From assembly GCF_009914755.1 (NCBI RefSeq), contig NC_060938.1: a stretch of DNA of 64,000 bases. The stretch is one strand, 5' to 3'. The notes beneath the pieces are model-generated. The model was not told where the DNA came from. It worked only from the letters and a program-made list of their open reading frames with translations, and made no database searches. The DNA comes from the human T2T-CHM13v2.0 reference genome, Homo sapiens. Both the position numbers and the translations under genes were made by a program. Numbering within the stretch: position 1 is the stretch's first letter; each line of letters opens with the position of its first letter. Positions 42,904 through 55,933 of the stretch are shown piece after piece.

Positions 42904-44162
42904 TCCACATCTTTCCATTTTACATAGTCTCAAATGGCATAGAACCAGCTTGCCAAATTCTTTAAGCCAAAATCCTTGAAAGGAGAATCCAATTCCAGCC
43001 TCTCAAAGCAGATAAATGAAAATCAGTGAAAAAATGCTTATCCTGAAATGTTAGGTGGGAAAAAAAGCAGGACAAAAAATTGTATTGTAACTACACTACA
43101 GTTTATATTTCTCAATAAATCAAGAAATGAAGTCCTGTATGCCTTAGGAAAACTGGAAAGGAATTAACCAAAATAACAGTACTTGTGTTAGGGTAACAAG
43201 ATTATTTCCCTTCTTCTTTATATTTCTCTGTGTCTTGAAGTAGTTAAATGCTTTATAATTTTTAAAAAAAAATTATAACTCCAAAGACTATGTAGAAACA
43301 TGTAAATACGTTTGTAACATAATGATATATTTTTAAAAAAAGAACATAAAATAGGCTGTCTGTTACATTTGTGGCTACATACATAGCTAAAAAAAGAACT
43401 GTCTTTTTAACACTCCATGTATGAAAGGAACAATGCTACTTCCAATGGACATTCCCGAATTAACCCTCAGCCTTCACTTCCTCCCCACCTGTTTGCCCTC
43501 ACTATCCCATCTTCACCCCATCCTACCCAAGCTATCCATCTTCAGCTGAGATTCCACATTTCCCTGCTACCTCTCTCCCAACTTCACCCTATTTTGGTGC
43601 CTGAGTACCTGCATGCATCTGCAGACATGTAGACCCATTCTGCCACTCACTGGCTGTCGATTTGCCTCATCTCTTTTAGTTCAGTCCATTTGGAATCACC
43701 TCATCACAGATGGCTTCCAGCCCATTTTAAATAAGCTATGCCAAGAGGCAATCCAGGTAGAACCGTCCCTTTCTGTTTTAGCACTAGACAAGCCAGAAAT
43801 TGGTAAAGAGTAGAAAGTAACAACCAAAAATAAAAACCATTGTGAACTTGGACAATTTATACTTGTGTTTAAATTGCTGTAGCATAATTTTTAATAACAA
43901 CAATTTAAAATACAATTATGGGTATGACCAAAAAATAAATGGTAAGCCATTTACTTACAAGCAAAAAGTGAGCATGGTTCTTTGAAGTCATTAAACTGAT
44001 TCTATTCATTTCCTCATAATTATAACAGCTTCCATACATTGAACTGGATGTTGTTCCAGACACTCAATAAACATTATCTTACATAATCCTCTCAACTACC
44101 TGTGAGGCAACTATTATCATTCCCATTTTATAGGAACAAAACTGTTGATCTGAGAGGAAGTT

Positions 44163-45259
<1,097 letters not shown>

Positions 45260-45904
45260 GTTAAAAACATGGCTAGCAAGTAGCATAGCAGGAGTATAGA
45301 CCTAGGTCTTTCTGTTGCCAAAGTTTGTGGTCTTTGCATTAGACCTTGTAGCCACAAACCAGGTCTTAGATAGGCTTTCAAAATAAGGTACATCTAAAAT
45401 TTAATGTTAAATCCAAGTATTAGCTAGTGAAAGTAGTATTTTGCATTACAAATATCCAGTTTATATGTAAATTTATATTTTAAATGCAAAATACACATCA
45501 GAATAAACTCTGTAAAAACTACCACACTATCTACCATCAATAACATATACAACGATATTTAGTATTAACATAGACCTTATGTGTTCTAGTTTAAAACCAT
45601 ATTACAAAATACTTCTCAAAACCACATATTAATGGTACTTATTTGTTACTGTTTACAAAACACTTCCTCTCATACATAAAGAGGCACAAATCTTACTCTC
45701 AGGGTATAAACATAATATGAACAAGGATAGATATTTATTGCACTTATTTCACTAGTAATAGAGAATTTCATAACTTGTTCCAGTGAAAGTGCATAAGAGT
45801 TATACAGTATTAATATTGTACCAGGAAGATCAATACTAACAACTTCAAAAGAAGAAAGAGGAGAAACCACATTTTCTTTCTTATGATTCAGTAACTTTAT
45901 TCTA

Positions 45905-46229
<325 letters not shown>

Positions 46230-46875
46230 GTTGCCTTTTCCCCCATTGAAGCACAGAAAATCTTAAGAAGGAAGTAAGGATGCACAAATGCAGAAGTTAC
46301 AACCAGGCAGGTAAAATGATCATAAAACACCATTTAGTGTATTCTCATTCTTTAAAGTACATCTATTTGATTCATTCATTGCTGGTATTTTTTTTCTTTT
46401 TCTCTAATCACTACTACCATCATGTACTCTTTCTTTTTCTGTGTGAAAATAATTATCTCTCTAATTTCTTCAAATGGAACTAAATATTTCATTCGTTAGC
46501 ACAATAAACTTTATTGAGCAACAAAATATACCACTTTGCCTAAAATAAAATAAATAAAGATAAATTCCCTGCTCTCCCCAAGCTCTATGGGTGAGATAGT
46601 TTTGTGCAAAGCAAAAAGCCCAAAATAGTGTGCTAAATGCTGGAGCAGAGGTGAATACACAGCATTACAGGAGCACAGAGGGAGGATTAGCCAGCCTGGG
46701 GCATTTGGGAAGCTTTACAGAGGACAGCACATTTAAACTGCACTTCTAAAGATAAATAGGAGCTTTCTGCAGGGTGATGAAGGAGACAGAGAGGGAGCAC
46801 TGGGGCCAAAGTGCAGTAAAGCACTGAGAAGCAAAAGAGCATGGGCACAATAATGTCATTAAAACAATGAGCTGC

Positions 46876-47675
46876 CATCATCACTGGCCATCAGAGAAAT
46901 GCAAATCAAAACCACAGTGAGATACCATCTCACACCAGTTAGAATGGCCATCATTAAAAAGTTGGGAAACAACAGGTGCTGGAGAGGATGTGGAGAAATA
47001 GGAACACTTTTGCACTGTTGGTGGGACTGTAAACTAGTTCAACCATTGTGGGAGACAGTGTGGTGATTCCTCAAGGATCTAGAACTAGAAATACCATTTG
47101 ACCCAGCCATCCCATTACTGGGTATATACCCAAAGGATTATAAATCATGCTGCTATAAAGACACATGCACACGTATGTTTATTGTGGCACTATTCACAAT
47201 AGCAAAGACTCGGAACCAACCCAAATGTCCATAAATGATAGACTGGATTAAGAAAATGTGGCACATATACACCATGGAATACTATGAAGCCATCAAAAAG
47301 GATGAGTTCATGTCCTTTGTAGGGACATGGATGAAGCTGGAAAGCATCATTCTCAGCAAACTATCGCAAGGACAAAAAACCAAACACTACATGTTCTCAC
47401 TCGTAGGTGGGAATTGAACAATGAGAACACCTGGACACAGGAAGGGGAACATCACACACCAGGGCCTGTTGTGGGGTTGGGGGAGTGGGGAGGGATAGCA
47501 TTAGGAGATATACCTAATGTAAATGACGAGTTAATGGGTGCAGCACACCAACACGGCGCATGTATACATATGTAACAAACCTGCACATTGTGCACATGTA
47601 CCCTAGAACTTAAAGTATAATTTTAAAAAAAGGAGGAAAAAAAAGAATTACTATAAAAAAAAGAAAGAAAGAAAA
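46876..47675 (+). mobile_element. 5'-truncated L1PA (L1PA4/5-like) 3' end, inserted in a reverse L2
   Basis: L1 ORF2 end, 3' UTR G-tract, CCCTAGAACTTAAAGTATAA, A-rich tail, TSD core CAATGAGCTGC on both sides. Confidence 0.96.
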
Positions 47676-47754
47676 GAACCAATGAGCTGCATGATGAGAC
47701 TATGACCAGAGTGTGCGAAGATCATATGGGATATAAGATCTAAAAGGAAAGTTG

Positions 47755-48111
47755 GGCCAATGCAGTAGCTCACACCTGTAATCCCAGTGCTTTAGGAGGC
47801 CGAGGTGGGAGGTGTGGGAGGATCACTTGAAGGAGTTTGAGACCAGCCTGGGCAACATAGCAAAACCTGATCTCTAAAAAAAAAAAAAAAAAATTAATTA
47901 ATTAGCTGAGTGTGATGATATGCACCTGTAGTCCTACTCAGGAGGCTGAGGTGGGAGGATGGCTTGGGCCCAGGAGTTTAAGGCTGCAGTAAACTATAAT
48001 TGCACCACTGCACTACCAGCCTGGGTGACAGAGTAAGACCCTATCTCTTAAAAAGAAAGGGGGCTTAGGGGGAGGAAGAGAGAGAGAGGGAGGAAGACAG
48101 AGCAAGAGAAA
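47755..48111 (+). mobile_element. AluJ with GA-rich tail
   Basis: J-type GGAGGATGGCTTGGGCCCAGGAGTTTAAGGCTGCAGT; TSD TAAAAGGAAAGTTGG / TAAAAGGAAAAGCTGG. Confidence 0.9.
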
Positions 48112-49649
48112 TAAAAGGAAAAGCTGGACTAAAAATTCAACAACTAGTGATTGGCGAAGTAGATTAAAGTGCTCGCATATATGGAAGACTATATGCATCC
48201 ACTAAAATTTAAGTTATTACAAACAATATAGACCAATGAGATAAATGTTCAGTACAAAATTAAAGCCACTTGCGTGTGTCCATGGGCATAAAAAAGACTG
48301 AAAGGATATATACCAAAATGTTAACACTAATCATCTCTGGTAGTGGAATTATGAGTAATTTTGTTTTAATCTCCCTTTGCTCTCTGCCTTCCAGATTTTC
48401 TGCATTAAGCATGTATTACTTAGGCAATTAGAGGATTGTGGTGTAGGGGGGAGAAATGTGTGCTAAAATAGAACAATATAAGCTGGGTTCAGATTGTGGC
48501 ATGCTAAGTAATTTGGACTTTATTCCACAGAAGTGAAAAATTACTTCAGGTATTTGATTAGGGGTGTGAGATGAACACATCTGCACTGTAGGGAAGTAAA
48601 TATTTTTAAGGTGCGTATGCTGGATTGGAAGGACTTGAGGCTGGGCAAAAGATGTGATGGATAGAAGGCAGTGATCGCAGGACTGGAAAACACATATCTG
48701 GGGTAAAACGCACAGGATTCATTAACTGATTATAGGGCAAGGGGAAAGGGCAGAAGCTGAGGATAACTCAGAGTTTCTGGCTTGGACAATTGGTTTGATA
48801 TAGACATTAGAAGCTGAAATGCATAATGAGAAGGAAAAGGCACATTTTAAGGACAGAATGATGATTTTGGTTTTATGTGTGACATGACTGGAGGACATTC
48901 AGGTAGAATGTTCGAAGGAATTTTGAAATACAGGTGTGGGTTCAGAAAAAGTGGGCCTAGAATTACAGACACACCAAAGATGGTAATGCCATGGGATTAA
49001 ATGAGCTCACTCAGGGAAGGCAGAAAGTGAGAGGACACAGCTGAAGCTAGAACTTTGGGGAATGCTAAGTCATAGCAGCCGTCCAAGCACCCAGAGAGCC
49101 AAGAGAGCCAGAAGCGGGTAGAGTTCTTTTTGAAATGGGGATGATACCAGAGCTGGTACCCAAGTAAAAGGGAAAATATTTACTACAAATTGCAGCTTCC
49201 AATAGACAACCATCATAGAACCTGATCACTAATGGAGTATAGAAAAAACAAAAGGCCAACAGGTACAAAGGCACAAAACAAAGAGAGGCAACTGTTTACC
49301 AAAGGTGGGTGAAGAGAGGCGAAGTAAATGCACTCCTTTACTGATACCTTTCCAGGGAAGGTGGGACTGTTTGGAAAGCTGTCAAAGCTGACCTACTGCA
49401 TGGCTGTTCTAAAACAGTGATTTCAACTCTCTTTTTCACAGACAAGAAAATCCATGTCCACCAAGAGGTGTCCCAGGTCTCAGAGCCAGTTGCTGGCAGG
49501 TTTAAGGATATAATTAATTTCCAAACCACTAGGGTTTAATTCAACCATACATCAACACACTGTTTCCCTATACAAACACACAAAAAAGAATACTCACCCC
49601 AAAAATATCAATAATGGAATACAATAAAACATGAATGAATTTATCCTTT

Positions 49650-51922
49650 CATTTGACTTATGGAAATGAATTAAATTTCTTATAGCATACAAACCACCAC
49701 CTCCTACCTTTCCAGCTAACTTCCACTAGTCTTTGATTCTACTGAGACCTCTAATTCATGGACCCTACCATCTGTTCCCTGTCCCTAATTATCTAGATTT
49801 CCTCTTCTCTGCCTACCAGGTTTAATTTCCATGATCAATCATTTTATTAATACAACTCTTTTGTATACAACTCCGTTGTCCCTATTTTTTAATACCCATT
49901 GGATAATCTGTAACTCTGGTTATATCCTTATCTCTACTTGTTCTATGCCTTTACTGTGTTAATGAATGAGCCAACCTACTGGCTGGTCTTACTTTAAATT
50001 TGTGACCAAAAACTTTAAACGGACCCTTAAGGCTGCCAGACAACCTGAGCGCACTTCCCCAGTCCATTCACTCTCCCTATTTGTTTTAACTATTCATACC
50101 TTCTCTATCCTCCAGCCTCTACCATGTCCTCCACCATCCTCACTCTCATTTGGTGATCTCTCTTTCTACTTGGAGAAGACTGCAGCAACCAGAAGAGAAC
50201 CTCAACAGACTCCCACCATCTCAGTTATACACTTTCCCAAACGGGCCCCACACACCTTACCCTATATCCATGTTCCTATCTAAGGCAATGTCCCTTCTCT
50301 TGTGTACTAGTTTCCATACACTATCTCTCCAACTTCATTAATTTTTCTTTCTCTATTGAATCATTCTCATTTGCATGCAGACTTGCTCTTATTTCTCCAA
50401 TCTTTAAAGAAAGAAAAACTTTCTTGAGCCTGCTTCCTCCATTTCTTCTGCTCCCCTTTGCACAAAAATCCTTGCAGAGTCATCTATACTCACAGTTTCC
50501 AATTCTTCCCTCTAATTCTCTCTTATACACATTCTAATCCATTTTATCTATCCTTATGTGCTCTTGTCAACATTCTTGTCAAGATCACCCATGACCTTTA
50601 ATTGTCAAATTCAATCGGTCTTCTTTTTACTTGACCTTTCAATAGCATTGGACTCAGCTAAACTCTTCCCCTTCAAACTCTTTATTTACTGGCTTCCAGG
50701 GTATCACATGTTCCTGGTTTTCCTCCTATCTCCCTGGATGCTCCTTCTTGATCTCCTTTGATGGTTTTCTTCTTCTCCTGAACCTCTTAATGTCAGAATG
50801 TCTCAAAATTCAATTCTTCTGCCTCTTCTCTTCTCTATATGCATTCATTCCTTGGAGGTCTCATCCAGTCTTAGGCCTTAAATACCACCCAAGTACTGGC
50901 AAATCCTTAATTTATATCTCCAATCAGACATCTACTCTGAACTCTAAGCTTACTCTACATCTCCAATTACATTTAGTATCTCTAAAACGTTATCCTTATC
51001 CCCTGACAATCCACCCCCCACCCCTTTCCAAAGTTTCTCTACCTTGAAACCTTCCACACTTCAGCTGATGGCAACTCAAACTTAGTCAAACCAGAAAAGA
51101 TGCAGTCATTTTTTACTCCTCTCTTTCTTACAGATACCATATCCAATCTATCAGGGTACTCTATTGGCTCTAATTTCAAATATATGCAGACTCTGACCAC
51201 CTTTCTCTTCTTCTAGTGCTACAACTCTGGTTCAAGCCACCATCGTGTCTCACCTACGTTATCACAATAACATACTAATTAGGTGTTTTCACCCTGTCCC
51301 AGTACAGCAGTGAGACTGATCTTTGTGTAAGATAAGTCACATCACTCTTCTCCCAAAACTCTTCAAATGCTCATTTCATTCAGAATACAAGCCAAAGGAT
51401 TGACAATGACCTCTAAGGCCCTCCTTTATCTGCACTCCTGGATCCTCAGTGACCTCATCTCCAACCACTTTCCCAATTGTTCACTCCACTTCAGCCATAC
51501 AGGCCTCCCTGCTGTTTCTCCAGCATGCTAGTTGTACTCTACCTCAGATCTTTGCGCTAGCTATTCCCACTGCCCAGAATGTGTTCTTCTGGATGTCCAT
51601 ATGGCTAACTCCCTCATATCCTTCAGGTCTTTGCTGAATTGTTACTTCCTCAGTGAGGACTTCCCTGATGAGCCTATTTAAAATTGTGATAATTTCTACC
51701 CCCAGAATATTTTATCCTTTTTATCCTGTTGTAATTTTTCAAAAGGCACTTATCACCTTGAAACATACTAAATAATTTATGTACTTGTTTATTTCTTTAT
51801 TGTCTTGTTTGCTCCCACTAGAACTTAAGTTCTTAAAAGGAAAATACTTTTGTCTGTTTTGCTCATTGGTGTACTCCTGACACATAGGAGGTGCTCAATT
51901 AACACTTGTTGAATGAATGAAT
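49650..51922 (+). mobile_element. Long L2 (L2a-like) fragment
   Basis: Pyrimidine-rich L2 ORF2 remnant ending CATAGGAGGTGCTCAATTAACACTTGTTGAATGAATGAAT. Confidence 0.85.
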
Positions 51923-51965
51923 CTATTCCCTACCTAAGTAACCACACTATGCATTAATCATCTTT

Positions 51966-52109
<144 letters not shown>

Positions 52110-54474
52110 TAATCATCTTTGTATCCAGATTTCTTATTTATATTTACTCAATAACTGTTCATTAATTGAACAGGATAAATAAAACAAATGCCCTATTGCC
52201 CATTAAAGTACCTTCATTTATCTGAATTCTATCATGTTTCTTTTTTTGCATCAGCCTGACTACTAGAATTTTTTCTGAACAAGGTACAAGCAAACAGCAG
52301 GATGCATTAACAGAAGGCTTGATCTTCAGTGCATTTTCTTAGAGGTAAGTCCCCGTCTATCTCCAAAAAGGTAAATGGCATAGATATCTAGAGATTGTCC
52401 TTCATATGTGATCAGACAGGAAATGAGAAAGTCACCTTGCTTTCACATATTATATATTCATCACTGTAGCCTTTTCTTAAGTATATTTTTCCAGACTTCC
52501 CCTAAGCTGTTGCTCATTCCCTGTAACAGCCAAATCAATTGACCATATTGTACTGGTTTGCTTCAGTGTGTTTGTTTACTAGTTGAAGCCTGCATTAGGA
52601 CAGGATTATTTCATGGTGCTCGGTTCCCTGGCCCTCCTCCAGCTTTCTCCTCTCTCAATCTCTCACTGTGCAAAATAGCAATCTTTCTCTACTTCCGAAA
52701 GCATGAGCATCCTGAGATTTATCTGACTATCACTTAATTCTCTCTTCTTGTGAGATTCTCTGCCTTCACTCTTTTAACTCTACGGTCTGAACTTAGGTAG
52801 GTAAGTGCCCATCACAAATAACCATGCCAAGTTAATCTTTATCCCTTTTGGCTACCAGTTATAGCCTTGGCCAGTGCTCTTCCCTTTTTTTGTCCTGTTA
52901 TTGTGTTGCAAATGAAGCATGTGCAGCTATTTGAGCAAGTACAAAAATATAATATGAACATGTTCTTATCTAAAATGTCACTTTTTCAGTATTCTTTTTG
53001 GGTTGTTCATTGTTAGCCAAAGTTCCATTGTCATAAAAATTACAATAATAAACCACCCTGAGTCTTGTAATTTCACACACAGCTTCTACATTCTCTAAGC
53101 CACTAAAATCCCATGGTTCCTAATTAAAATATTCAAAGGTGAAAGTCAAGTAATTTCCACAAGATATATTAGTTCCTTTACTTATGTTTCCAGGGTTAAA
53201 AAAGAAATCCTTTGCCAATAAAAAAGGAGAAGTTTTTGAGTGTATAGTACTTCAAAGGGCATTCCACAGTGTGTTATTTTCTTTCCAGAAAATTCTAACA
53301 CTATATAATTACTTTTGTATGGAAAATGAATAATTTAAGCCCCTAATGCTAAAAACAGCTAGACAGAAACCATCCAAATCAGATAGGCCTTTCCTGAAAC
53401 CAGATGAAATATCGAACTAGAAAATATCTGTGTGAGAACAGCCCATGGAACAAAGCTCTTGAATTATTATTCAATAGAGAGGAAGCATGGTAGGGGAGAA
53501 AGTTACATGAAAAAATAGTGTTTTCTTGTCTTTGTGCCAGAATTTTTGTGGGTCCCACGCATCACAGAAACTGTAATGTTGATTGCACCCCAAATGTCAT
53601 AGAAAAATACGTATCAGAAATGCATCTAGGAGCTTCCAAGCTTCTGACAACAATAACGGCAAAAACATCAATTAAGCTTCATCTGTTGCAACAGAAATGC
53701 ATTGATAAAGAAAAAAGCGAAAGCCCACCTGCATAGAAACTAAACCGCAGCTACTCCTCCAATTCGAAGAAAAATGAGCTGCACTTCAGTCGCCAGTAGA
53801 ACTAATCCCAGCAAATATAGCTAGTGGGTTTGTGTACTGGGGGAGGGGGACTGCGAGCAGAGCACACCTCATCGCCCTCCCACCAAAACTGGTCCAAAAA
53901 CGTGAAAGCATCCACGCCGCATGACCTCGCTTAGCTGGAAGAAAGCGGTGACCGCGACGTGCGGCGGGGGCGGGTGGCCCTGTCGCCTCCCCTTCTCAGA
54001 CCCCCCCCCCACGCCCCCAGTCTTTTGCACGGGTCTCTGGCTCCAAGCTCTGGGGCTCGGAGACCTGAGCAGGTTCTTTTCTCTTCCCAGGGTGAAGAAC
54101 CTCCTAAAGATACTGTAACCGGAGTAACTCCCGCGCTGGCAGCGTCTCAACAGCCCGGAGTGAACGAGCTGACCCCACCAGCGCCGGGACCCACGTCTGG
54201 GTCGGCCGCCCCCGCCAGCCCCACCCCCGAGCCTCCCCAGCCTGCGTCCCCAGCGCCCCGCACGCAGTAGGGGCTTTCGGGGCATGTATCCCCTAGGGCT
54301 GACTTTCCGCTAAGTGAACAGCCATGTTAGCCTCCTCCGGGCGTAAATCCACCAGGGTGAGCCGGCCAACGGCGGTCAGGAGCGCTCACCAGGTCCCCTC
54401 CGCACCTCCCCGCAAGGCTACGACTGTTTCCAAACTCCTGGGCGCACCCAGCCAGGCCCCTTGCCCTCTCACGG

Positions 54475-54495
54475 TTCAGCACCGAGGACAGCGGA
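54475..54495 (+). promoter_or_regulatory. RE1/NRSE (REST binding site)
   Basis: TTCAGCACCGAGGACAGCGGA versus consensus TTCAGCACCnnGGACAGCGCC: both half-sites perfect, with the canonical 2-nt spacer. Confidence 0.8.
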
Positions 54496-54662
54496 CATAC
54501 TTTTCTCCCCGGGGGGTCCCCGCCGCCAGGAAGGCGGTGTTGACAGCGTCCGCAGGGCTGCAGGTGTCCGTACCGCGCGCCCGCCCGTCCGCATCCCCGC
54601 GGCACCCCTGCGCGCCCACCTCCCTTCCCCGCCTCGCGCAGGGCAGCCGCGCGGCGTCTTAC

Positions 54663-54765
54663 TTTTCTGGCTGGAGTAACCTGGATAATAGCCATAGTAG
54701 CCGGTGATCCGCAGGATCCGGTCCTCGATAGTGGCCACCCCGTTGGGGGCCGCCTTGACATCCAT
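54663..54765 (-). CDS. SLC35F4: SLC35F4 first coding exon (103 nt, 34 codons + 1 nt, phase-1 intron follows)
   Basis: Minus-strand ATG at 54765 gives MDVKAAPNGVATIEDRILRITGYYGYYPGYSSQK, recognised as the SLC35F4 N-terminus (the RILRITGYYGY motif is shared with SLC35F3). It ends at a canonical donor AAA A|GTAAGA and lies in a CpG island. Confidence 0.93.
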
Positions 54766-55050
54766 AGAGAGCGCGGGGCGACGGCCCCGAGTGCGGCGGG
54801 GCGGAGAGCGCAGCGCGGGGCCCGGGAGCTGGTGCAGGTGCCGGAGCCGCTGGTGCTGATCTTGCAGCTCCTGCTCCCGCGCCCGGGCTCTGACTCCACC
54901 GCCCGGCGCAGCACCGGCTCCGCATCACAGCGGCGGCGGCGGCGGCGGCGGCGGCGGAGCGGCCCCCACTCGGGCCGGCCTCTCCGTCAGCCTGGCAGCT
55001 CTCCCGCGCGCCACCCGGAGCACTGCTGCCCGAATAGCGCCCCCTCACCT
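54766..55050 (-). other. SLC35F4: Probable GC-rich 5' leader of SLC35F4 exon 1 (TSS not determinable from sequence)
   Basis: Very GC-rich sequence directly upstream of the ATG, containing a CCG repeat; GC boxes lie further upstream. Confidence 0.6.
54931..54957 (-). repeat. (CGG/CCG)9 trinucleotide repeat in the SLC35F4 5' leader
   Basis: Nine uninterrupted CGG units on the + strand. Confidence 0.95.
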
Positions 55051-55900
55051 CCGACGCCCACCGTGGCCGGGGGCGGGTGTGGGCGCCCCACCTGGTCGCC
55101 AGCTTTCATCATTAACCCTTGCGCGATCCTTCCCGAAAACTAGACACCCCAACCCCACCTGATGAAAGGGATGTTTGGTCAGTGGGGCGCGAGAGGAGAA
55201 GGCGACGGTGGCCAGGGGCTCAGAGAAGGGTGTTGGGAGTGGGAGAAACCCAAGAGGGACTCATAGCTGTTAATGCGAGGCATTAACTCTGTCGCTCGGG
55301 GAGAAGACACTTCTGGGGCGCCCCGGGACTCGGTCCACGCTTGGCGTCTACACCACCTCTGGTCTGCTGATATGCAAGCATTCCCCCGCGTTAGTCAGTC
55401 CTTGCAACTTGTCTAGAAGACTGGGAATCTTTTTTTATGAAATGACAAGAAAATTAGTTCCCGGCAGGTGGTATATGGAGTGATTATCCAGGTTTTGCAG
55501 ACGCAAAGACTGTAAGTGTTCAAGCGCTCAAGTCTGACTGTCCATACGGACCCTCCATCCTGCCACTGAAAAATGTCAAAGGCTTAGAAGATTCAGCTGC
55601 ACACAGCACGTTTATTTTTCCAATTTCAAATGCTCTGAGGAGAAATGATTTTCTCCTTTATTGCCAAAAATATCAGGAGGGAAGTCCTTCAAACTGTAAA
55701 TATCTGGACGAGTGAAAGTCTTAGCTACAGTCTAGAGCCTTTCCATTAGAGCAGAACATCCTTGAAGCTGTGTGTTCAGAGCGAACACCCTCCCCTCAGG
55801 TGTGGGACTCTTCTGCTTTAGCCAGAGACCCAATGGGTTAGGGTCAGTGAGCAGTGGAGACGATTCCTCTGTTCATAGTCTGCAGACACAGCTTCCTGCA

Positions 55901-55933
<33 letters not shown>
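55901..55933. repeat. (AAT)11 microsatellite
   Basis: Direct reading. Confidence 0.95.

Larger units (their letters stand above)
53860..55340. promoter_or_regulatory. CpG island / SLC35F4 promoter
   Basis: Abrupt rise in GC and CpG density against CpG-depleted flanks; GGGGCGGG and GGGTGTGGG (SP/KLF-type) boxes near 55070-55085. Confidence 0.9.

Noticed and set aside
53869-55143. Several long ORFs (98-195 aa) on both strands in the CpG island
   Set aside because: Expected from stop-codon scarcity in very GC-rich DNA. The 98-aa ORF is exon 1 reading through its splice donor into the intron.
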